Below are positions 1 to 8,969 of a stretch of 29,202 bases of DNA, one piece after another. Each line of letters opens with the position of its first letter. Positions within the stretch are counted from its first letter, which is position 1. The translations under genes and the position numbers were made by a program. The notes beneath the pieces are model-generated. The model did not search any database, had not been told where the DNA came from, and saw only the letters and a program-made list of their open reading frames with translations. The DNA is from a virus (lineage: Duplodnaviria > Caudoviricetes): the IMG/VR virus record IMGVR_UViG_3300025131_000288, positions 1 to 29,202 of that record; one strand, given 5' to 3'.

Positions 1-1276
1 CAGATTTGTTTGTTTCTGTATTTAAATACCTTTCTCTATGTATGATAACAAGAGCATAGTTGTGACTTGTAGTCGCTGGGTCTAGGTGAGCAAAGTACGT
101 AAATCCTGCTCTTCCTGTTTCTTGTAACTCAAGTCCGGGTTTAAAGCATCCTATAACTTTATCTCTCACGAAGAAGCTCTCACCACCGGTACCAGAGAAC
201 TCTGCTCCATACTCCATCAAAAAGTCTTCTGCATTCATGGATTCGTTGTTTTTTCTTAATGACTTTTCGGTCATTTTTGGATTTACGTGCCATGTAGGAA
301 GTTTGCACATTAATCTATCTTGTACTAGATGGGCTTCTTTATAAAGTCTGTGGAACAGTCCCTCTTCGCCTCTAGGAGACGAGATACAAACAAGTTTACT
401 ATCTAGTACTCGCTCTGTTTGTTCTTCTCCATTTTCGTCAATAACTTTTATGTTGCGACCAAATGTTTCCAAACTAGGGGTAAGAGCGGTAAATATTCTT
501 TCGCCGGAAGAAGCTCCGCCTGAAGTTTTATAACTTGCAACTTCGTCCATCAGCAAAACGAATATCTGCTTACCAAGCAGAGCGTCAGAGTTACTGTGTC
601 CAACTTCTACAACGATAGAACCTTTAGTTCTTGATTTAAACAAATCATTGTTTTTTTTGTCTTGTGGAGTCAATAGGAAAATTTTGTTCGCTTCTATTCC
701 ATCTGGTATAAACTTATTTTGGAAGTAAGGAGAATAAAGAATTCTTGTTTTGACTTCATTAAACGCAAGTTGTGCCTGAGGAGCGGCAGTAGCAACCGTC
801 AGAATCGTAATTGGGTTTGAATCACTTAATCCATAAATGGCATAAGGGTTTCCTCCAGCACATTCAAGAAGCCTCATAGCTTCGTATGCCATAATAATCC
901 CACACAAGAAATCCTTTCCTGATCGTCTTCCCCATATCAGAATTAGTTGTCTGAATACTTCCGTTTGTTCAAACTTTGATAGTAAGTCTCCTCTCTCTTC
1001 AGTATTGCATCCTATGTCTTTACACATTTGAATTTCTTCTTCTGTCAAAGTTATGTTTTTATTTCCTACAGAACCTCTATAGAATATTTTTAAAATCAGT
1101 TTTTGCATAGGGTAAAGTGTAATCCCCTGTCCACCAAGATCTAGATATTCCTTTTTTTCGCAAAAAGAAACGATATCAGGAATTGAACTACCAATACCGT
1201 CCTTTGAGGATAGCTCTGTCTTCATTTTTTGTATCAAATCTTTAACTGTTTTTTGTGGCTTTTTTGTTCTAGGCAC
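1..1276 (-). CDS. terL: Terminase large subunit (5' portion; runs off the window start)
   Basis: Not in the ORF track. Hand-translated from GTG at 1276 (GGAG RBS upstream): MPRTKKPQ...LYPMQKLILK...LIWGRRSGKD (Walker A)...VGHSNSDALLG...LLMDEVA (Walker B)...CISSPRG (motif III)...YFAHLDPA (start of RNase H-like nuclease domain). Confidence 0.9.
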   Translation of the reverse strand, partial: MPRTKKPQKTVKDLIQKMKTELSSKDGIGSSIPDIVSFCEKKEYLDLGGQGITLYPMQKLILKIFYRGSVGNKNITLTEEEIQMCKDIGCNTEERGDLLSKFEQTEVFRQLILIWGRRSGKDFLCGIIMAYEAMRLLECAGGNPYAIYGLSDSNPITILTVATAAPQAQLAFNEVKTRILYSPYFQNKFIPDGIEANKIFLLTPQDKKNNDLFKSRTKGSIVVEVGHSNSDALLGKQIFVLLMDEVASYKTSGGASSGERIFTALTPSLETFGRNIKVIDENGEEQTERVLDSKLVCISSPRGEEGLFHRLYKEAHLVQDRLMCKLPTWHVNPKMTEKSLRKNNESMNAEDFLMEYGAEFSGTGGESFFVRDKVIGCFKPGLELQETGRAGFTYFAHLDPATTSHNYALVIIHRERYLNTETNKS

Positions 1277-1295
1277 AATTTGCTCCTTTAGTCCG

Positions 1296-1673
1296 TTAGC
1301 TTCCACCGTCATTAATATTACTTGAATAAATGGGATATCCAACTCTTGCAGAAACATCGGCAAAAAGTTGTCCAACTTTGATTCCAAATTCACTTAAATA
1401 ATCATTTATATTAGTATATATAGTATTATCCAAAACATGAAGTTGTAAAGCTCTTACGAAACTACTAATACTATTTTCTGTTGTGAATCTAGTATTTAGT
1501 TTAGTCTCTATTTCTGCGATATTGGTTTTTATTCTATCAACTGGTTCATTTAAAACAGATAAATCTTCTATTTCCCCTTCCATCAAGTCAATAAGATCTA
1601 TAGCTGTCTCGTCTATGAGTTGAATCTCATTTATCTGGTCGGCAACACTTTTATAATCTGTTGGTGAAATCAT
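1296..1673 (-). CDS. Hypothetical protein (125 aa)
   Basis: ORF overlaps the upstream gene by 4 nt (ATGA); co-oriented with terL. Confidence 0.75.
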   Translation of the reverse strand: MISPTDYKSVADQINEIQLIDETAIDLIDLMEGEIEDLSVLNEPVDRIKTNIAEIETKLNTRFTTENSISSFVRALQLHVLDNTIYTNINDYLSEFGIKVGQLFADVSARVGYPIYSSNINDGGS

Positions 1674-2383
1674 GTTCCTATACTGTCCCTATAATATGTA
1701 AAATTATATGTATTATATTGATCTTTTTGTCTAATTCTAAAATAGTATTCTTTTCCTCTTACTAAATATTCTGACGATGAACTTTGATACATTATTTTTC
1801 TATCTATGTAACTTGATGGGACTCCATCTGTGGGGATAGGCACAAATTCTTCTTCTTCTTTTTCATAGAGCCATTCAGCAGCAGATACGCTACTATCAGC
1901 AGAAGCTAGTATCGTAGAAAAATCGCTGTCTGCTGCTACGTCAATCTCGAAATGGTACAATGAATATAAATTAGATCTATTGATAATCAGTGATTTGTAT
2001 TCCCAATATCCTTCTTCATAAATTAAACCTGATGGCAAACTTATATCGCCATCTTTCACTACATCTAATAATAACTGGCTTACTTTTAGACTGTTGGTGT
2101 TAAGGTAGGTTTCGAGACTGGAACTCCAATACCCAGTGATAGGAAGAAGTAACAGTTGAGAAGACAAAGACCCAAACATAGAGTTTATTAACCCAGTTGT
2201 ATATGTCTCGTAAACGGCTACAGATTTAAGTAGAAGATCTGTTTCTGTTGTTAAATCTTGACTATTTACTATGGTCCTTACATTCTCATAAGCCTCTGCT
2301 TTTTTGAGAGTGTATCTGCCTACGGCTTTAGCTAGATTCCACATCGCATCATGCCATATTTGATTTTTTATACTTGTTGCCAT
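1670..2383 (-). CDS. Hypothetical protein, possible beta-sandwich (FN3-like) C-terminal region
   Basis: 237-aa ORF; the pattern YHFEIDVA.DSDF....GKEYYFRIR resembles Ig/FN3-like virion domains. Confidence 0.6.
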   Translation of the reverse strand: MATSIKNQIWHDAMWNLAKAVGRYTLKKAEAYENVRTIVNSQDLTTETDLLLKSVAVYETYTTGLINSMFGSLSSQLLLLPITGYWSSSLETYLNTNSLKVSQLLLDVVKDGDISLPSGLIYEEGYWEYKSLIINRSNLYSLYHFEIDVAADSDFSTILASADSSVSAAEWLYEKEEEEFVPIPTDGVPSSYIDRKIMYQSSSSEYLVRGKEYYFRIRQKDQYNTYNFTYYRDSIGT

Positions 2384-2390
2384 TTTTCAA

Positions 2391-3392
2391 TTACCTACTG
2401 GGCGGGACAGAATATCTAAACGAAACGGTATTAAGTGGATCTCCAAATAGAGTTATAGTCCAATCAAGATAAAGAGAACTGAGTATATACGCTTCGCCTA
2501 TAGAAAATCCTTTTATCAAAGATTCAACGAATGGAGTTGGTCTAAGATAGCCTTCAGTCGTTGGACTCGACATAGCCCCTGCACATGTAGCATAACCTCC
2601 ATTCAAAGCTAATCTACACCATGTTTCTGAATCTAGATCTCGAACTGAAAACGCTCCATCAAAATCTGCATTATAGAAAAATATTCTTTGAGTGTCAGTA
2701 TTCCTGAAAAAAGATTCAGTAGATCTATCTTGAAACCATCCCCAATATATCGAATCCTTTTGCAGATAAGGAATAACTGGGTCAAGATAAGGATCAATTA
2801 ATATGGTAGATATGAGCCTAACATTCGTTCTAGGGATTGAATTGTTCGCTGCATATAAAAGATCTTCTCTGTATTGTTCTTCTTTGCTATTTGTGACAGT
2901 CGCATATGGATCTAAAATAAAAGCTCCATTCATATATATTTGATTTTTTAGATTCTCTCCATTATCTATAATAGCTTTTGCACTTTCAAGAGTTGGACCG
3001 TCAATTCTTGAACAAATAAGTGCGACATTTAAAGCTCGACTGCCATATTCGTACATTTCTTTTCTGTCAAAAAGAGGATTAAACGTTTTTTTAGAAAATG
3101 TATGATTTATTCTAGATATTCTAGATGTAGAAGATATAATGTCTCCACCATCATGAAATCCGCCAGGAACATTCATTCCCAAAACAATAACGCTCGTATC
3201 TGCATCTATAACAGCTTTGATGGAATCTTCTACTTCGGCCTGAAAATCTTCATAACTTGGAAGTATCTCGGTTAGACTGCAAGGTACTCCTATTTTGTTA
3301 GATCCATCAAGATCGTATTTAGCTAAATAATAATCTGCCAATAATTCGCTATCAGCATCATTTTCTCGATATACTATAAAAAGTTCACTCAT
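2391..3392 (-). CDS. TIGR03790-like protein
   Basis: N-terminal VY.END.DS..LA.YY, central SRIDGP, C-terminal GF.IGEA...W.....GDPL, matching this family as recalled. Confidence 0.7.
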   Translation of the reverse strand: MSELFIVYRENDADSELLADYYLAKYDLDGSNKIGVPCSLTEILPSYEDFQAEVEDSIKAVIDADTSVIVLGMNVPGGFHDGGDIISSTSRISRINHTFSKKTFNPLFDRKEMYEYGSRALNVALICSRIDGPTLESAKAIIDNGENLKNQIYMNGAFILDPYATVTNSKEEQYREDLLYAANNSIPRTNVRLISTILIDPYLDPVIPYLQKDSIYWGWFQDRSTESFFRNTDTQRIFFYNADFDGAFSVRDLDSETWCRLALNGGYATCAGAMSSPTTEGYLRPTPFVESLIKGFSIGEAYILSSLYLDWTITLFGDPLNTVSFRYSVPPSR

Positions 3393-3399
3393 ACCTTAT

Positions 3400-3425
3400 T
3401 TTCGTAAAAAATGAACAAATTCCTT
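3400..3425 (-). promoter_or_regulatory. Putative phage-sigma promoter AAGGA-N15-ACGAAA
   Basis: Same motif and spacing recur at 18024-18049 (+), 19696-19721 (-) and 27855-27880 (-). Confidence 0.6.
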
Positions 3426-3433
3426 GCAAAAAT

Positions 3434-3460
3434 AAAGCCTACCACAATGTGATAGGCTTT
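3434..3460 (-). terminator. Intrinsic terminator after dut
   Basis: AAAGCCTAcCAC-aat-GTGaTAGGCTTT hairpin, followed by a T-rich run on the minus strand. Confidence 0.7.
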
Positions 3461-3481
3461 AAATGAACTATTTAAAGATAG

Positions 3482-4075
3482 TTATTCGAATTTAATTCTA
3501 CTTCCTCCATCTAAAATCAAATCTGGATTGTTGGCAATAGCGTTCAGTTGGTCCTTTACGTCAGTACTTCCAAATCCTCCCTCTCCTCGGATCGTATCTG
3601 ATAATTCTGCTACTTCTTGTATCTCCATAACTTCTGTTTTTCTTATAAGCATTTGACCAATTTTATCGCCAGCTTTATATATCTTTGCACCAGATATATA
3701 TTTTTTGAATGTTTCTGATGCTTCTTCCTCGTTTTTTGCCCAAACGGTTCTATGAGTTTCAGCAGGACATTTGAAACGGAATCTATATTCTCCTCTGTAT
3801 CCTTGGTCACCAACAGCCACACAGTTAGCCAGAATCAAGTCTGTCTTAGAAACTGAGCTACGAGCTACTAATTCTATATGATAGCCCACAGGAGGCTCTA
3901 TAGCCAATCCTGTTTTATACTCTATATAAAGCATTCTCCATGTTATTCCATCATTATCCCCAGTTGGAACAACTTTAATGTTCCCATCATCGATAGCGGT
4001 TATATCGTAACCAGCATCATCATCATGTGCTCTTTGAGGTATTATTGCATCTTTGTGTAACTTTTTTACTTTCAT
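3482..4075 (-). CDS. dut: Trimeric dUTPase
   Basis: Motifs AGYD, ARSS, GDQGYRGE, KIGQ and RGEGGFGST. Confidence 0.95.
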   Translation of the reverse strand: MKVKKLHKDAIIPQRAHDDDAGYDITAIDDGNIKVVPTGDNDGITWRMLYIEYKTGLAIEPPVGYHIELVARSSVSKTDLILANCVAVGDQGYRGEYRFRFKCPAETHRTVWAKNEEEASETFKKYISGAKIYKAGDKIGQMLIRKTEVMEIQEVAELSDTIRGEGGFGSTDVKDQLNAIANNPDLILDGGSRIKFE

Positions 4076-4093
4076 TTCAATCCTTTCTCTAAT

Positions 4094-4123
4094 TTAAGAA
4101 CAAGCTGTCCAGCCACAGTTTTG
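4094..4123 (-). pseudogene. Orphan alternative 3' end of nrdJ (QNCGWTACS*)
   Basis: CAA AAC TGT GGC TGG ACA GCT TGT TCT TAA parallels the functional NrdJ end KNCGFSACN*. Confidence 0.75.
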
Positions 4124-4132
4124 GCTTGCTTT

Positions 4133-4867
4133 CTATTTGTGTTCTGAAACTAATTTGCATAATTTTTTAAAATATTCTAATGAATGATTATTCTTCATTT
4201 TATTAATGTCTTTATGGACCCATTGTACGTTTCCTTCTATATATCCTAATGAATTATCAATACGATCTAAAGATGCAGTTTCTTCTCGTACTTTTTCTTT
4301 TTTTCGGCTTTGCTGCCCAAATTGTATATCCATACCAGTTAACGCACATTTTTTGTTTTGAGCTAAAAATAAATCCCATATATATTTTTTATCAACATTA
4401 TGTTCTATATCACGAGTTTCTGCGTTTCTTTGTATTCTGCCTATTGTTGTTCCTGAGATATCCTCTATCCCGATAAAAGATGGATGTCTGCTTCCGCTAG
4501 GGTTTTCTAAGCATCCACAAGATTTTCTACCCGATTTTAACGCATGTGAACTGACTATAATCTCTTTCCCACAAGCACATTTAGTATTCCAATAAATAGT
4601 TCTTTTGTTATTTTTTAGTCTAGAAATAACAGTTAGATTTCCAAATTTATCACCAATTTTAACAAATAAACTAGCACATCCACAAGATTTAGGTGTATAT
4701 TTCCTTAAAACATCGCTTCTATAACTTTTCATCCGACCGCAATCGCATTTACATAACCAATAAGTCGAATTGCTGTTTCTTTTAATACGTGTGTTCTCGT
4801 CTACGCTGACAACTGTTAATGTTCCAAACTTTTTACCAGTAATATCTATTTTTTTGGCTCCTCTCAT
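4133..4867 (-). CDS. Free-standing HNH-type homing endonuclease
   Basis: Two repeats of G.KFG.LTV...W.C.C.CG...SCGC; C-terminal CALTG...ASLDRIDNSLGY..GNVQWVHKDIN.MK; AGGAGA RBS. Confidence 0.85.
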   Translation of the reverse strand: MRGAKKIDITGKKFGTLTVVSVDENTRIKRNSNSTYWLCKCDCGRMKSYRSDVLRKYTPKSCGCASLFVKIGDKFGNLTVISRLKNNKRTIYWNTKCACGKEIIVSSHALKSGRKSCGCLENPSGSRHPSFIGIEDISGTTIGRIQRNAETRDIEHNVDKKYIWDLFLAQNKKCALTGMDIQFGQQSRKKEKVREETASLDRIDNSLGYIEGNVQWVHKDINKMKNNHSLEYFKKLCKLVSEHK

Positions 4868-4947
4868 AATATCTCCTATATAGCTTATAATTTATCTATA
4901 TGTACAATTACTCAAGCTGATATAAAAGTCCTTTTTTAAATTTAAAA

Positions 4948-7900
4948 CTAATTGCACGCAGAGAATCCGCAGTTTTTGCACATTTTGCAACCTTGTTCAC
5001 GTATTAATTCATTTCCGCATTCTTCACATTCTTCGCCATTTACTTTTTTACCATCGTCAATATATTTTTTAAGCGATCTGGCTATAGCCTTTTCAAATGA
5101 TCCAAAAGAAGCTGATTTCGTTTTTTCTAATTGTTCTACTACAAACGAGATATCTGCTCCATGTCTTAGATTAGAAGAAACGAGTCTTGTGATAGCCTCT
5201 TCCATGTCGCCTGACTCATCCATTATATTCTCTATTTCGGCTCCTTCAGACGTAATGAGTTTATAATGTCCTCTCTTAACTTTTTTGAGCATACCTGTTT
5301 TATGAGCTTTGGGTATTTGCCCATTTTTAAGAGCAAAAATTTCATATGGGTCGTCAGACAAAAGCCCAACTACGGTAAGGTAGTCTTGTCCTTTGACGGA
5401 AATATGATAAATATCACATGGTAAAACCTTTGGTCTTTTAGGAGCATCATGTTTATCAATGTTATCAGCATCTCTTGGGATGCAGTTGCTATCATTGGCA
5501 ATAAGAACTCCAGTCCTAGAATTTTCTCGATAAACAGTAATCCCTTTGAGTCCCGCTTTCCATGCAGCTTCATAGATATCAGCCACTTCTTCAGTTGTAG
5601 TCTCTTCTTTGAGGTTTATAGTGGACGATATTGAATGATCTAAATTTCTGCCTGCGGCAGCTTGCATTTGGATTCGTCTTTTCCAATCTATATCTTCTGC
5701 ACATGCACCAAACCAGGGGGATTTTGTTATATCTGTTTCTCCAGTAACGTCCATCCACATTTTAACTTTAGAATGATAGACAGTAAACTCTTCCCATGAA
5801 TCTCCGTTTTGGTCTACAAAATCAACTCTAGTATTTTTATCACTAGGATTAATCTTCTTTCTTCTCTTATATTCCATTTGGAAAAGAGGCTCGATTCCAG
5901 ATGTTGTCTGAGTTAAAATGCTCACGCTACCAGCAGGAGCAGACGTAAGAAGTCCTATATTCCTTCTGCCATACTTTCTCATATCTTTATATAGTTCTGG
6001 ATCTTCTTCTTTTATTCTCAGCAAGAATGGATTATTCTTTTCAAGATTATAACCCCAAATTTTAAATGGTCCTAATTCTTTTGCCATGTCTACAGAACTT
6101 CTATAACATCCAAGTTTCAAGGTTCTATAAATTTTTTCTGCTGTTTTGATTCCTTGCTTGGAACCATAATCAAGACCTAACGCTGCAAGCGTATCCCCTA
6201 GCCCCGTTGTTCCTGTTCCAGTCCTTCTCCCCGTTTCACAGACTTCGCGTATTTCTCTCCAAAGCGACAATTCAACCAGTTTGATTGCCTCTGGCTCTGG
6301 ATCTTTATCTATCTTATCTATGATTTTGTCAATACATTCTAACTCAAGATCTATTACATTTTCCATAAATCTTTGAGCAACTTGTGCATCTTTATGGAAT
6401 TGTTCAAAATCAAATTTGGCATTTTTAGTAAAAGGATCTATAACATAACTGAAAAGATTTAATAACAGTAATCTACAGGAATCACAAGGACTTAAAGGTA
6501 CTTCGCCACATTGTAGTGCAAAAATACCATCAAATATATCATTTCCTGATTTATTTTTCCTGATATCAGTGATAACTCCTACAGTATGATTGTCATCCAC
6601 AGTTATATTATAAACATCTTGTTTTTTTGTGATATATTCTATTTTAGTAACTTTATGATTGTAGTCTGCTGCTAATTCTTTAATTTCTGTGAGATTTTTA
6701 AAACCATATTTTGTTCGTAACCTAAACGAAACATTTTCTTTCTTGCAAGCGTTTTCCCATTCTTTAAGAGATGGGTTTTTAATAGGATTATCAAAAGTTA
6801 ATTTAGAATAAATTCGCACTTGATCATTTCTCGTTTTTATAGCTTTCTTTTCATATGTATTATTGATCGAGTTAGTTCGTGTTTTATTAGTCCCTTTTTC
6901 GTTTGCATGATAATTACTGCAAGATATGCTACAAAAACTGATTTCTCTATGACTATAATCTACTTCGAAAGAATTTCCGCACCACTCACATTTGCGTATA
7001 ACTTTAACTTTGTTCTGATCTATCCTTGCGTCATATCTCTGCTTTGTTGCCTTTTGAAAAGTTTTTACAACTCTTGGATCTTTATCTGCATGTTCTATAC
7101 CGCACTCATTTGCAGCCCATTTAGCTAGATCTAAAATATTTTTAAACCATCCATTAGTTCTAAAGCTAGAAAGTCGTTTGGGTATTTTTTTATCTTTAAC
7201 AAAATTGAACCAGTCATTTTTAGTAAAACGTCTATTTATTTTTTTAGTCAATGTTATTGCAAATTGTTCTATATCTTTATTTGTGTATCCAGAATATCTG
7301 CCATTTTTTTCTCCTGAATTATCTTTTTTTGCATGATATTCTTTGTGTTCTGAAAACGTCATAATGTCTAAATTATTTGGGTCATTATTTAATCCATCAT
7401 AGTCTTTATGATGTACAACAATGCCACCTTTTACCCAGCCATCTTGTTTGTTTATATCATATAAAGTATTCCATTTATCAGTGTCCATAAATTTTGCAAT
7501 CAACCTATGCTCATAGATTTTGTCTTTTTTAGAGTTTAAAGCGTTACAATACGTTCTATAGTATTCTTTCTTGTTAGTTTTAACAATTTTTTCTGGCCTT
7601 TTAATGAACTTAAATAAACTGTCACCGCTTTTTAATTCTTTCGCCTCTCTGGTTTCACCTGTTTTTAGAGGGAATTTGTGATCATGGGTTACATCGATGT
7701 GAGATCCATTGTCAAAATGGACTCGTACCATTTGCTTATTGACTCCGGTCTTTCTGGGATTTCTTCCCCATTTAATAGATATTTCTCCATTATTGGGGTT
7801 AACAGAATATACTGGTACGTCCATTCCTTCTTTTGCTAAATCTTTAAGAGAGACAGCATTTCTTCCATCAGCTACTGCAATTAATGTATCTCCGCTAAAA

Positions 7901-8790
7901 CACGGGTTCGTGCCTGTTGTAGTAAAGCCATATTTGCTATAACAGTCTGCTGGACTTTCTTCTAAGATTTTGTCCCAAAACAAAAGACCTGGTTCACCTG
8001 AGTTTCTAGCGTTTTCTACTATTTGTCTCCAAACATCTCTGGCGTTGACCATTCTAGATATTTTTGGATTTTTCGAATCTACAGGCCAACGAATCTCATA
8101 TTCTTTGTTTTTATTAACAGCCTCAAGAAATTCGTTTGTCAGCTTTATAGATATGTTTGCACCAGTAACTCTTGTTAAATCTCTTTTGACTTTCGTAAAT
8201 TTTAGTATTTCTGGATGATGAACGCTGATAGATAAAAGCATTGCTCCTCTTCTGCCGTTTTGAGCTACTTCACGTATAGAGTTGGAATATCTCTCCATAA
8301 AAGAAATAATGCCAGTAGATGTTCTAGCGGCATTAGTCGTAGGCGTTCCATCAGGACGGAGATTTGAGATATCTGTCCCAACGCCGCCTCTGCGTTTGCA
8401 TATTTGAACCATCTGTTGATCTGTATGCAAAATTCCAGAATAGCTATCTAAAGGAGGAGCAACGACAAAACAATTAGACAGAGTTACAAATTGATAAGGA
8501 TTTCCGATGCCATACATTAGTGAGCCTTGGGGAACAATCTTTTTGAAATTCTGTATGTATGATAATATCTCTTCAAAAGACATTGGATTTTTGAACTTTT
8601 TCTTTTCTATCCTAGCTAATTCGGTAGCCATCCTAACATGCATTTTGTCTGGAGTGTTTTCAAGGAGATTTTGTTTATTATCTCTTAGTGCGTATTTGTC
8701 CAAAAAAACTTTTGCTGCTAATTTATCTCCGTTGAAATATTTTGTTGATTCCTTTAGAGATGAATTATAATCGTAAATCTCCTGCTCCAT
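4948..8790 (-). CDS. nrdJ: Class II (adenosylcobalamin-dependent) ribonucleotide reductase precursor with intein
   Basis: TLSNCFV, RRGGVG, NGRRGA, GEPGLLFWD, TNP/CGE catalytic loop, APAGS.S, TTSGIEP, KGITVYR, C-terminal Zn ribbon; about 816 aa after splicing. Confidence 0.93.
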   Translation of the reverse strand: MEQEIYDYNSSLKESTKYFNGDKLAAKVFLDKYALRDNKQNLLENTPDKMHVRMATELARIEKKKFKNPMSFEEILSYIQNFKKIVPQGSLMYGIGNPYQFVTLSNCFVVAPPLDSYSGILHTDQQMVQICKRRGGVGTDISNLRPDGTPTTNAARTSTGIISFMERYSNSIREVAQNGRRGAMLLSISVHHPEILKFTKVKRDLTRVTGANISIKLTNEFLEAVNKNKEYEIRWPVDSKNPKISRMVNARDVWRQIVENARNSGEPGLLFWDKILEESPADCYSKYGFTTTGTNPCFSGDTLIAVADGRNAVSLKDLAKEGMDVPVYSVNPNNGEISIKWGRNPRKTGVNKQMVRVHFDNGSHIDVTHDHKFPLKTGETREAKELKSGDSLFKFIKRPEKIVKTNKKEYYRTYCNALNSKKDKIYEHRLIAKFMDTDKWNTLYDINKQDGWVKGGIVVHHKDYDGLNNDPNNLDIMTFSEHKEYHAKKDNSGEKNGRYSGYTNKDIEQFAITLTKKINRRFTKNDWFNFVKDKKIPKRLSSFRTNGWFKNILDLAKWAANECGIEHADKDPRVVKTFQKATKQRYDARIDQNKVKVIRKCEWCGNSFEVDYSHREISFCSISCSNYHANEKGTNKTRTNSINNTYEKKAIKTRNDQVRIYSKLTFDNPIKNPSLKEWENACKKENVSFRLRTKYGFKNLTEIKELAADYNHKVTKIEYITKKQDVYNITVDDNHTVGVITDIRKNKSGNDIFDGIFALQCGEVPLSPCDSCRLLLLNLFSYVIDPFTKNAKFDFEQFHKDAQVAQRFMENVIDLELECIDKIIDKIDKDPEPEAIKLVELSLWREIREVCETGRRTGTGTTGLGDTLAALGLDYGSKQGIKTAEKIYRTLKLGCYRSSVDMAKELGPFKIWGYNLEKNNPFLLRIKEEDPELYKDMRKYGRRNIGLLTSAPAGSVSILTQTTSGIEPLFQMEYKRRKKINPSDKNTRVDFVDQNGDSWEEFTVYHSKVKMWMDVTGETDITKSPWFGACAEDIDWKRRIQMQAAAGRNLDHSISSTINLKEETTTEEVADIYEAAWKAGLKGITVYRENSRTGVLIANDSNCIPRDADNIDKHDAPKRPKVLPCDIYHISVKGQDYLTVVGLLSDDPYEIFALKNGQIPKAHKTGMLKKVKRGHYKLITSEGAEIENIMDESGDMEEAITRLVSSNLRHGADISFVVEQLEKTKSASFGSFEKAIARSLKKYIDDGKKVNGEECEECGNELIREQGCKMCKNCGFSACN
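6511..7902 (-). mobile_element. Intein (464 aa) in NrdJ with an HNH endonuclease domain
   Basis: TNP|CFSGDT (block A), VTHDHKF (block B), VYNITVDDNHT (block F), ...GIFALQ|CGE; internal YEHRLIA...VHHKDYDGLNNDPNNL. Confidence 0.92.
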
Positions 8791-8969
8791 ATCGCTTTTA
8801 CCTTTCTATTATGTCTATTATTCATATTATATTTGAGACTATTTATTTTGCTACACCGAATCTTATTTTAAATGATTTGTAAAATCTTCCTTTGTTTTCT
8901 TTTCGTCGTAACACCAACTTTTTTTTAACTCGATTCTCTGTTAATCTTTAACGGCGAAATATATTTCTT

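Noticed and set aside
4094-4948. Group I intron in the nrdJ 3' end, with NCGWTACS as exon 2
   Set aside because: Only about 80 nt of AT-rich sequence before and about 10 nt after the HNH; no room for a ribozyme core, and nrdJ is already complete upstream.
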